Below, in pieces: positions 39,910 to 51,297 of a DNA stretch of 64,000 bases. The notes beneath the pieces are model-generated. The model was not told the origin of the DNA. It saw nothing but the letters and a program-made list of their open reading frames with translations, and did no database searches. Source of the stretch: Octopus vulgaris (Eukaryota); contig OX597822.1 of assembly GCA_951406725.2 (NCBI GenBank), positions 33,232,001-33,296,000 on the forward strand, written 5' to 3'. The position numbers and the translations under genes were made by a program. Each line of letters starts with the position of its first letter. Positions within the stretch are counted from its first letter, which is position 1.

Positions 39910-42900
39910 CCTGGCTTCATCAAACCCAAGCCCGCAGGTGGGACTACCCACTATATACCAGACCACCACAGCAAACAGACACAGGATGGACACCGCCGGC
40001 AACAACGTACACCTCACCTCGATACTCCTACTGAACATCAGAGGACTGCAAACACTCAGTAACAGGACAAAGATCCCGTTCCTGAGAGACTTTGTTGCAT
40101 GCAATCAAGCCTTATGCATAGCACTTACAGAAACGCACCTGAAACCGGACATAGCAGATACGGAGTTACACATACCACAGTATGCTGTACTACGGACCGA
40201 CAGGAAAGAAAGGAGTCATGGAGGTGTTGCTATGTACATCCGTGAGGACCTCACACCCCAGGTCCTCTTGTCATACTCAAACTCGGTGTGTGACACACTA
40301 ATTGTACATATTAGGCAACTTGATGTAGTTGTGTGTGCTACATATCGCCCTCCAGATGCCCCAAGCCATGTGGGCAAGTTTGAAGACTGCCTTATAAAAA
40401 TAGAAGAAATTCTAACCACATTAGAACAACACATAGGTGTGCTTCTTATGGGAGACTTCAATCTGCCCAATGTCAGATGGCCCGAGGGCCTTTCTCTCCC
40501 AGGAATGACAAGATGTGAACGAGGACAGGCGAGGTCCCTCCTGAACCTCATCAACACCCTGTACATGGAGCAGGTAATACTCCAACCAACCAGGGCAGGT
40601 AACACACTGGATCTCTGCTTCACAAATGACATGGATCTCATCCATAATGTGAAAGTGACACCGACACTACTCTCGGATCACAACATGATAGAGCTGACCA
40701 TGTACGGGCCAAAAGAGAGCACGGACATGCAGCCTACAAGAAACCCTCAAAATCTTTCCAGCTTGAACTACCATAAGGCAAACTGGAAACAAATTGAGAA
40801 AGAGATCCTCAAACAAAACTGGCCTAAATGTCTCTCCTCGCCAGACATCGACGTGAAACTTCAACAATTCATGTCTGTAATGCAAGCCATATGCTACAAA
40901 TGTGTCCCAGAGAGAAAGGCCACTGTACACAAGAACAAATTCCCCAGAGAGAGGAAAATTTTAATGAGACGGCGTACGAAATTTTCAAATCGCCTAAACA
41001 AACAGATTGAAAGCAGTGAAAAGTCCCGCCTAAAAATAAAACTGTTGGAAATCGAAAAATGTCTGCAACTCTCCCATGAAAAAGAAAGAGCAGACAAAGA
41101 AGCCTGGGCTATAGAAAACATAAAATCTAACCCCAGAGCTTTCTACAGGTATGCCAAAGAAACAGCTACAGTGCACTGTAGAATAGGGCCACCCCTCGAA
41201 AAGGATGGCACACTTACAGGAAAACCAATGAGGGTAAGTGAAATACTGAATGAGCAATTCAAGAGTGTTTTCACTCCACCCCTTGGGCATCTCCAAATCA
41301 CCAATCCAACTGACTTTTTTACCACTGCAGATATAAAATCAGAGGCGGCGACGATAGATTACATCGATATAAAGGAAGACGATGTAACCAAGGCTATAGA
41401 TGAAATGAAAACAGACTCAGCTACTGGCCCCGATGGATTCCCGGCAATCCTCCTAAAAGCATGTAAGAGAGTCCTAGCAAGACCACTGCAGTTCCTCTTT
41501 CAGAGCTTCCTTGCAGCTGGCAAACTTCCAGGAAAACTGAAGGAAGGTAAAATATGCCCCATTCATAAAGGAGGTAGCAGAGCGGAAGCCAAGAACTATA
41601 GACCTATCTCTCTGACCTCACACATCAGCAAGGTCATGGAACGAATAGTCAGAAGGAAGCTGATCACCTTCCTTGAAGAGAATGACTTGCTGCCCGACAC
41701 CCAACATGGTTTCCGACCAGGGAGAAGCTGTTTAACTCAGCTCCTACAACACTATGACTGGGTGCTGAAACGGCTGCTCAACCACTCAAATGTGGAAGTG
41801 ATATATCTCGACTTTGCAAAGGCCTTTGATAAAGTCGATCATGGAATGATATGTCACAAACTGCGTGATCTCAACATAGTTGGAAAACTGGGAGAATGGC
41901 TTCATGACTTTCTGAAGGATAGAAGTCAGGTGGTAGTAGCCAATGGGGCCACCTCCATTAACACACAAATAGTGAGCGGTGTTCCGCAGGGCACTGTTCT
42001 GGGACCACTACTGTTCATAATGGCCCTCTCAGACATGCCCTCAGCCACGCAGAGAGCCACGATCACAAGTTATGCAGATGATACAAAAGTTTCACAGGCA
42101 ATACAGAACCCTGAGGACACTAAACACCTGCAATGTGAGCTGGACGAAATATACAAGTGGGCTGAAAAGAATAGCATGCAGTTCAATGCTGGAAAGTTTC
42201 AAGCTTTATACTATCAGCATGCAAAACTGAATGCAATACCCAATGAATACACTGGACCCGGAGGGATTGCAATCCCAGAGGCACAATCAGTGCGTGACCT
42301 GGGTATTCACATGAGTGATGACGCGACCTTTCATGTACATGTTGCTAAACTGACAATGAAATGTAGACGGCTGGCTGGATGGATTCTTAGAACCTTTAGA
42401 ACAAGAGAACAAGAAACCATGATGGTCCTCTGGAAGACACTTGTCCTAAGCCACTTTGACTATTGCTCTCAGCTATGGTCACCATCCAGTGTCAAGTTGA
42501 TCACAGAACTTGAGGCGATCCAACGAAGCTACACAAAGAAGATAGCCTTTATGCAGAATGTAAGCTACTGGGAAAGACTCAAGAGATTAAAATTATATTC
42601 CCTGGAGCGTAGGCGGGAAAGATATGCCATAATATACATCTGGAAGATCCTGGAGGGAAGTGTCCTGAACTTTGGCATCGAGAGTTACGCAAATGCCAGA
42701 ACTGGGCGCCACTGCGTGGTGCCTAGGACTCCAAACCTGCCATCAAGATGTAGGACAAGATTCTGTGATAGCCTGGGCTTCCGAGGCCCACAGCTCTTCA
42801 ATATCCTCCCGAAGAACCTGAGAGACCTGCATGGGGTGGATACAGATGTCTTTAAAATGAAGCTGGATCTCTTCCTGTCAGGTGTCCCAGATGAACCAAC

Positions 42901-42982
42901 TTCACGGCAGGAGGGGCAGATGAGGGCAGCTGCATCGAACTCTCTCATGCACCAAATAGCAGTTGCTAGAAAGCCTCCATGA
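39686..42982 (+). CDS. LINE ORF2: apurinic-like endonuclease plus reverse transcriptase (intact, 1098 aa; alternative start ATG 39986)
   Basis: LNIRGL, LTETHL, GDFN, LDL and SDH (APE); GPDG, YRPISL, QHGFR, DFAKAFD, GVPQG and YADD (RT). Confidence 0.97.
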   Translation: MQAAALHIGDPATETRGRWTNHQHKEKGWTTHHLPQSGGTQMLCAPQTANMMLSKEQLLSNNLFVHGTKDCTAADLASSNPSPQVGLPTIYQTTTANRHRMDTAGNNVHLTSILLLNIRGLQTLSNRTKIPFLRDFVACNQALCIALTETHLKPDIADTELHIPQYAVLRTDRKERSHGGVAMYIREDLTPQVLLSYSNSVCDTLIVHIRQLDVVVCATYRPPDAPSHVGKFEDCLIKIEEILTTLEQHIGVLLMGDFNLPNVRWPEGLSLPGMTRCERGQARSLLNLINTLYMEQVILQPTRAGNTLDLCFTNDMDLIHNVKVTPTLLSDHNMIELTMYGPKESTDMQPTRNPQNLSSLNYHKANWKQIEKEILKQNWPKCLSSPDIDVKLQQFMSVMQAICYKCVPERKATVHKNKFPRERKILMRRRTKFSNRLNKQIESSEKSRLKIKLLEIEKCLQLSHEKERADKEAWAIENIKSNPRAFYRYAKETATVHCRIGPPLEKDGTLTGKPMRVSEILNEQFKSVFTPPLGHLQITNPTDFFTTADIKSEAATIDYIDIKEDDVTKAIDEMKTDSATGPDGFPAILLKACKRVLARPLQFLFQSFLAAGKLPGKLKEGKICPIHKGGSRAEAKNYRPISLTSHISKVMERIVRRKLITFLEENDLLPDTQHGFRPGRSCLTQLLQHYDWVLKRLLNHSNVEVIYLDFAKAFDKVDHGMICHKLRDLNIVGKLGEWLHDFLKDRSQVVVANGATSINTQIVSGVPQGTVLGPLLFIMALSDMPSATQRATITSYADDTKVSQAIQNPEDTKHLQCELDEIYKWAEKNSMQFNAGKFQALYYQHAKLNAIPNEYTGPGGIAIPEAQSVRDLGIHMSDDATFHVHVAKLTMKCRRLAGWILRTFRTREQETMMVLWKTLVLSHFDYCSQLWSPSSVKLITELEAIQRSYTKKIAFMQNVSYWERLKRLKLYSLERRRERYAIIYIWKILEGSVLNFGIESYANARTGRHCVVPRTPNLPSRCRTRFCDSLGFRGPQLFNILPKNLRDLHGVDTDVFKMKLDLFLSGVPDEPTSRQEGQMRAAASNSLMHQIAVARKPP

Positions 42983-43157
42983 AGTGAAACCAAGTAGCAA
43001 CACCAAATGGCGGTGCCCCAGCATGGCCACAGCTCATAAGCTGAAACTAGAATCAATCAATCAATCAATCAATCAATCATATAAGTACATTAAAAGGCTA
43101 TATGTTATTCATCTAGCACAAAAGACATTTTAGCCTATTTTACCACCTGTGTATATA

Positions 43158-43578
43158 TCTCTCTTTATATAAACGGCAGTTTGTCTGTCTGTGTGTCTGT
43201 CAGGTTGTACCCTCACTCTGACCACGGCTTTCAACCGATTCTGATGAAACTTGACACACACATAGCCCAATGTCATAATTCAAAACTAACGCAGCGAAAA
43301 TTTTGAAAAGTTCCCCCAGTTCTGAAAAAAATCGATAAATTCGACATGGGGTCGAGAATCTAAGCTTTTTATATGCAACACATTTTCTGTCTATGGGACA
43401 CAACTCGACAGCTAGGGACAGCTAGGAACAACGTATACACAGAAGTATTCGCGTGAAGAGAAGACATTGCAACCTACACGTGCGCCTTCGTTCCCTAGAG
43501 GGAAAGGACTAGATTGGGATTAGTCGTTGCCTACTAGGGGCTCTTACATACCCGGGCAACGCCGGGCTATGCTGCTAG
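43158..43578 (+). mobile_element. Non-autonomous Helitron
   Basis: A|TC start, (TCTG) microsatellite, subterminal hairpin CCCGG-GCAACG-CCGGG (43551-43566), CTAG|T end. Confidence 0.9.
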
Positions 43579-43610
43579 TGTATATATATATGTATATATA
43601 TATGTATATA

Positions 43611-43655
<45 letters not shown>

Positions 43656-43769
43656 GTATATATATATATGTAGATATATACGTATATATATATATATGTA
43701 TATATATATGTATATATATATATATATGTATATATATGTATATATATGTATATATATGTATATATATAT

Positions 43770-43985
43770 ACTCTTTTTGCTCTCTTTTAATTGTTTCAGT
43801 CATTTGACTGTGGCCATGCTGGAGCACCGCCTTTAATAAAGCAAATCGACCGCCAGGACTTATTCTTTGTAAGCCTAATACTTATTCTATCGGTCTCTTT
43901 TGCCGACCCGTTAAGTTACGGGGACGTAAACACACCACCATCGGTTGTTAAGCAACGCTGGGGGGGGGACAAACACAGACACACA
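43770..43985 (-). mobile_element. SINE family A, 3' half
   Basis: Homology to other copies. Confidence 0.85.
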
Positions 43986-44005
43986 AACACATACACACAC
44001 ACACT

Positions 44006-44046
<41 letters not shown>

Positions 44047-44329
44047 TTATATATCAAATAAAATTTATGACAATGATAAGACAAGGGTTCCACGTCAGGA
44101 GATGCGTGCGAAGAGGAGACACAGGGGGCAAGGTCACCTTTTTAACGACTCATCGAGCAGCGGGTCACTCCTTCAACAGTGAAGATGTCATCCATGCAGA
44201 TAGATTTCACTAATTAAGTAGCTTGGCAAAGTGAGATTCGCTTCTCAACGAACGCCTTTTCATGTTCTTGCCAGCTCAACAATATCCCATCTCGTAAAAT
44301 AGAAAACTTGCCAAGACATATATATATAT

Positions 44330-44415
44330 ATATATGTGCGTGTGTTTGTGTATGTGTGTACGTATATATATATACACGCGTATACAGATATAAATTTATA
44401 AATACATATATACAC

Positions 44416-44457
<42 letters not shown>

Positions 44458-44645
44458 ACATATACTAGTACGTATATATACACACGCGTTTATAGATATA
44501 AACTTATAAATACATATATACACATAAATATATATATGTGTGTGTTTGTGTGAGTGTGTATGTACATATACTAGTACGTATATATACACACGCGTTTATA
44601 GATATAAATTTATAAATACATATATACTCATAAATATATATGTAT
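44330..44645. repeat. ~115-bp tandem repeat, about 3 copies, TA-rich
   Basis: ACACGCGTTTATAGATATAAA..TATAAATACATATATAC recurs. Confidence 0.75.
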
Positions 44646-44779
44646 GTGTGTGTAAATGTATATACATATATATGCGTACATATAAATGCATGTGTCCATA
44701 CAGTTTTATACAATATGTACATATATTATCTATATATACATACACACACACACATATAGACGCATATATTTACATACAA

Positions 44780-44835
<56 letters not shown>

Positions 44836-44842
44836 CTGTGTG

Positions 44843-44887
<45 letters not shown>

Positions 44888-45623
44888 CTTTGAAACTCAG
44901 TACTTCTTATGACAAATTCTAAATGTATGAATGTAAAGGTGGAATTCCAAGTGAAAGTTATAACTTAGATTGAGTTCTTTGAATCAATTTTCTCTTTTTT
45001 TTTATCTCACTTTCTTTGATTTTACTGAGGTTTTTTTTTTATTCATGTCTTCCCTCTTCTCTCTCTTTCTCACTAAACAATCTATCGCTGTGGCACCATG
45101 ACTAATGAAATGAAATATCGATCTTTCTTATGATATAAAGTATAAGATTAACAAACTAAGAAAAGAAATATATATCTTTTCGTGTCCAGACCAGAGATGT
45201 AATCTGGCCTTCAAACAACTGTTCTTTAATACGTTATGTGGTGTACAAGATTTATTCGTTAAATAAAGTTAGTGAATTGGAGCTTACCTAAGTTAAAGAG
45301 GGATGCAAGAGGAAATGTTAGTCTATCTCTATCTGCCTCATAAACCTTTTAACTTAATTATTCTATTAATATTCCTTTATGGTGAGAATATTGAGAATAG
45401 CAGGCTCGCTAGATTACGGAACGAGCCGACTTTTAGGATTTACTTTCATATCCTTTCCACTTTCTCTATTTAAATACCGCTGTTGGAATCAATTTCGCCT
45501 TTTATCATTTAAATTTCGATAATACCCCTTTGTAGTTCGCTAGTTGAATCAGCCCTTTGTAGTTCGTTAATATGATAAACACAATTTTATATATCTGTCT
45601 ATGTATGTATGTATGTATGTATG

Positions 45624-45657
<34 letters not shown>

Positions 45658-45776
45658 TGTATGTATGTATCTATATGTCTCTCTGTCTGTCTGTCTATCT
45701 ATATATTTATCTAAATAAATGAGTGTATATGTGTATAATATATATGTGTGTGTAGTATATATGTATATATATATAT

Positions 45777-45836
<60 letters not shown>

Positions 45837-45927
45837 AACTTACTTTGAAAAGGATGCGTAGCGTTCGATCATATAATATAAATAATATATAAATATATGC
45901 ATATATACATACATATATGTACATACC

Positions 45928-46005
<78 letters not shown>

Positions 46006-46957
46006 TGTGTACATATACATGCATATATGGGTACAGGACATCAAAAACACGTTGAACGCAATGAGAAACGAAAACATAAAAACAAAATCATAGAAACGAA
46101 CTTTTTTTCAAACTACGAAAGAAACAGAGTACAAGACATACAACACAAGGAATATTCCCCTTCTTCAGTTGTCCCTGTTTCATCTACTCAGCGTTCGAAG
46201 GTAAGGACAAGACGCGACTTCATTGAAACAGTCTTTCCCGCAAAGTAAATTAAATAAAATTTAGGACTTTTTGGGAGGGTAAAAGTGGTAACAAGAACAG
46301 GACAGTAAGTACAAAACAGTAAAAGCAATAGAAAAGTAAAAACAGTAAAATACAGAACAATGAGAACAAAACAATAAAAACAAACGATGAGGGTTGTTAA
46401 CCCAAGACGATGGAAAAATTGTTCTGAACGCTTAAGGAGGCAGCTTATGAAAGAGACAGGATAAGCGGGTCTGGTCTTGGTGAACATAGCAGACGAAAAG
46501 ATGACTTCCCTCTGATCACGCGACGAGAGAGTCGAGGAGTAGGAGGAGGAGTAAGAGAGAGGGAACGGTGAAGAGGAGAGGAGAAGAATAGGGAAGGATG
46601 GGAGACAAAACCAGAAAGGATGAAGAACAAGAGAGGGATAGAGATAGAGAAGAAATACTAAAGGAGAAGAGTGCGCATCATAATTATTAAGATAAAACTT
46701 ACTTGGAAAAGGATGCGTGACTTTCGATCATATAATAATATAAATAATATATAAATATATGCATATATACATACATATATGGACATACCTACATATATAT
46801 GTATATATATACATGCATATATGGGTACAGGGCATCAAAAAAAATGTTGAACACAATGAGAAACGAAAACATAAAAACAAAAACATAGAAACGAACTATA
46901 TGTGTGTGTGTGTATGTGTGTGTGTGTCTGTGTGTCTGTGTATATATATGTATATAA

Positions 46958-47001
<44 letters not shown>

Positions 47002-47008
47002 GTATGTG

Positions 47009-47045
<37 letters not shown>

Positions 47046-48219
47046 GTATATATATGCCTATATATATATGCATATATACATACATATATACATATACATA
47101 TATATATATATATGCTAACGGTACGAAAAATCAGGGTAGAATGCAGCTGAAATACGAAAGAATCAAACTCTGATGGCAACAGAATGGATTGCAATAACTC
47201 AGGAGACATACTAGTGGAGATAATGGATCCGCTTTCCATACTAGGCGTTGCCTCTCAAATTATTGATTTCAAATTTTAGCTGAACTCCAGATAAGCAGAC
47301 TCTGCAATCAGGTTTCGATTCTCGTGGACACAATTTTTAATTTTTGTTAAATTGTCTTTGGTTGTGGCAGTGATCTTTTTAGCCCCAGATCAGCTCTGAT
47401 CTTGCAGTTCTACCATCTCAAAGTGTTCCATTCATGCCCATCCACAGCTATAGTCAGGCAATGTTTTCAGGATTGCAATATCGAATTTTTCCTTTTCTAA
47501 AGATGGTAAGATGCGACTTGGAGATATGTGGCTACAATCAGATCAACTGACCATATACAGAATCTTCCTATATATGATCGTTTGACGTCATAGAAAGGTC
47601 AGGCAATGACATACATACGTTATAGAGAAACATTTTTACATTAATACGTGAACAAGACACGGTAAAAATTACAATTTCTCATATCTTACTGCCTTCTTTC
47701 AATGATATAGTCAAAAGACAAGTACATATGGATTCTTATATATTCATTCTGCTCTCATAAAATGTGTGCAACGCTAAGGGAAGGGCACAAACATTGTAAA
47801 ATCTTATTTATCTTCCTTATAATTTTGAGTTCTCAACAAAAAAGAACATGTTGTATATTTATTCTTGGGTAGTAAGTTCTACAATGCATTGATGTAGATG
47901 AATTCTTTCTTTGTTTTTGGTGTTTTTTTACAAGGCACTCCATTGTCATATGTCTAAAAAGAAAGTAAAATTTATTCAAATTTCACAAACAATAAACAAA
48001 AGTTGTAGGGGAAGGACAGAGCTACAAAAATACATAAAACAACGCGACAAAAATCATTTCTCATGTTAATTCAAATAACATTGGAAAGAAAATAAAATAG
48101 GTGGTGAGAAAGGGAAAGAATTTATCTAACAACCCAATAAAACCGAAAGTTTCGGTCTACTAAAATCCGATTTGAGATCACCTTGACTCTAATTTTCTTT
48201 CCTTAAAAAAAATATTATA

Positions 48220-49451
48220 TTGGCTTAACAAGAAAATAATTTCGTTTTTTGCAAATAGAGGTACGGTTTTTTTAATGACTTTTATCAATGTTATGTTTTT
48301 TTTTTCCTTTTGAGATTTGATAGCCGTTACTTTTAGCTTACTTTAGAAGAAAATTGCGCGTAATTGTGTTCACAGCTGTGAGTTCAGTGTAAAAAAAACA
48401 ACGTTTTCGCCATATTTTGCTCTTTTATTTCTGTAAAAGAAAGAAAGTTGCTGAGATATGTGGAGTTTATGGTGTCGATTGTTTAACAGAACGCACATAT
48501 CAGAAATGGTTTTAAAAGTTCCGTTCAAGAGGTTTTTCACTCAAAGATGACCAACGTTCTGGTCGACCTACTGAAGTTTATGATGACCGAATCAAAGTTA
48601 TAATTGGATCTAATTGTCATGCAACTGTACAAGTGATTGCAGAGAGGTTAAATGTATCAAACACAACAATTGAAAATCACTTAAAATGTCTTGGACTCGT
48701 TCAGAAACTCGATATTTGGGCTCCACATAAAATGAAAGAGATTCACTTAACACAACAAATCAATAATTGCGATATCCATTTCAAACGCAATGAAATCAAC
48801 TTTTTTTTAAACAAATCATCATTGGTGATGAAAAATGGATTGTCTACAATAATATCAATCGAAAATGATCATGGTCCAAGCGTAATGAACCAGCACAAAC
48901 CACATCGAAAGCTGAATTGCATTAAAAAAAAGGTCATGCTGTCAATTTAGTAGGATTACCAATGTGTTGTGTATTTTGAGCTGCTTCCAAGGAACGAAAT
49001 GATCAGTTCAGATGTTTACTGTCAACAACTAATGAAACTGGAGGAAGTAATCAAAGAAAAACGGCCAGAATTGGCAAATCGTAAAGGAATCGTGTTCCAC
49101 TATGACAACGTTAGACCACACACGTGTTTGCTAACTCGTGAAAAATTATTTGGTTGGGAACTGATGTCACATCCACCATATAGGCCTGACCTTGCACCAT
49201 CAGATTACCATTTATTTCGAAGTTTGCAAAATTCAATAATGATAATGACCTGAAATCGTACTTGCTTCCGTTTTGGGGTGACAAGGACCAGAAGTTCTAT
49301 AAGTGCGGAATTAGGAAGTTGCCAGAAAGATGGCAAAAGATCATCGAACAAAATGGAAAATATATAATTGATTAAAGTTCATTCTTTGTATGAAAAAAAC
49401 AATTACTTTTATTCCACTCCAAAAAACCGAAATTACTTTCTTGCAATCCAA
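48220..49451 (+). mobile_element. Near full-length degenerate mariner (DD34D) transposon
   Basis: TA-flanked TIRs TTGGCTTAACAAGAAAATAATTTCG / CGAAATTACTTTCTTGCAATCCAA; RSGRP, WAPH, GDEKW, DNVRPH and HPPYRPDLAPSDYHLF motifs with stops and frameshifts. Confidence 0.95.
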
Positions 49452-50572
49452 TAAATTCATATATAAGTTTCCTTTAAAAATTTTAAGGTTTTTATCCCAG
49501 GAAAAGAAAGAACTCATTACTAATTTGTCGGTGTGTGGCATGTTCCTCCAAAACCTGTGAAATGGTTTCGACTCTCTTTCAAAACTAATTCATTTTCCTT
49601 AACCGCGATTCCTCTTGCAAATAACGAATACAATACAATATCTAATTTCGAATCTCTGTATAAATCTGGAAGTCTTACGCTTAATCATTGTATCAATATA
49701 ACATTTCTGCATTTCTCTATAGAAAAAAACAAGCAAAGTACACTAAATCAAAAATGACTCACATTTTATGAAATACGATATTACTGCAAGAAGTATTCGA
49801 TCAATTTTACATATATTTCGACAGCCGTAAATATAATTGATGTTATCAAGTCTATGAATAATAACGACCAGACAGATAGTTATTATTTTATACTTCTGTT
49901 TTGTTTTATTCTTCTGTTTTTATTTATTTATTTTGTTTTGTAGTTTGGGTCAATTTTTTTATTTTCATTTCAAATTAAGATTAAAATAATCATCGTTGCT
50001 TTGAAGTGGCATTAGTAAAAAATCTTTCACTCTATCTGGCATTCACTGAATTTCAGCTTCGTGTAGACATTATTTCTTGAAAATATTTAACATAAATCTG
50101 TTGTAGAAGAAATGGTATAAATAGCACTGTATCAAACTAAATGTTCATAATTATTTTATTTTCTTCTTTAAATATTCCGGGATCAAATTACTTTTGAGCC
50201 GATTCAGATACATAAAATAAGTTATATATTGAAGACTGACTCAAACGACTATATCCCAACCCAACTCTTCTATAAACGTGTTGTCCGTTTCTAAAGTAAG
50301 CAATGAATATTTTTAAACTCATTTCAGATTTTTTAATTTGGCCAGAATATATATATTCTACAAATAATGATATGGTTCAATTAGACGCAAACTAACCCTT
50401 TCTAGGATCCCAGAGATTCACAAAGTCCAAGCCTAAGTTTGGCTTTTCTAGCAATAAAAGAAAATAAAAGATGCAGCCTCACCTTGGACAAGAGATTTCT
50501 TGAAAGTCAGACCTAAGCTTTGTCAGTGGATTTGGAAGGCGGAAACTGAACGAAACCCGCTGTGTTTATGTT

Positions 50573-50634
<62 letters not shown>

Positions 50635-50649
50635 AACATATATATATAC

Positions 50650-50703
<54 letters not shown>

Positions 50704-50713
50704 AACATATATA

Positions 50714-50836
<123 letters not shown>

Positions 50837-50842
50837 ATATAT

Positions 50843-50890
<48 letters not shown>

Positions 50891-50960
50891 TAAACATATA
50901 TATACATATACATATATGAATAAAAAAATGGAGTTAACGCAGGTGTAATCAAATATTTTT

Positions 50961-51046
50961 ACTTTCGACATATGTTTCGAAACTTCCACTGATACTATTC
51001 AAAAGAATAAATGGTATAAACAATGCAATCTTCTCCTCAGGAAAGT
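50961..51046 (-). ncRNA. Type I hammerhead ribozyme with canonical core and long stem II
   Basis: ACTTTC-CTGAGGA-GAAG...TTTC-GAAAC-ATAT-GTC-GAAAGT; 6-bp stem I, palindromic loop 3, GUC site. Confidence 0.8.
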
Positions 51047-51297
51047 GAAAAAAACGGAACTCGTCAATAAGACATTTTAGCAAAAAATGATGGATTTGTA
51101 TAGCGATAGACAGAACGCTATTAATAATGTTTAAAAAAACGTTATATGATATAACGTCATAAGTAGCTAACAGAAACAGTAGGGATATTAATAGTGAATG
51201 TTAAATATAAAGGAAATTAAAGTTTAAATTATATATAATGATAGAGACTACTTATATGCACTAAATGTATGTTTTTGCCAATGCTTACATCTGTATG

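Larger units (their letters stand above)
37877..43079 (+). mobile_element. Near full-length CR1-group non-LTR retrotransposon
   Basis: ORF1, APE/RT ORF2, short 3' UTR and (AATC)n tail at about 43051-43079; the 5' boundary is uncertain and no TSD was found. Confidence 0.9.

Noticed and set aside
39197-43056. Antisense and alternative-frame ORFs within the LINE
   Set aside because: Shadow ORFs of the coding strand with no recognisable domains
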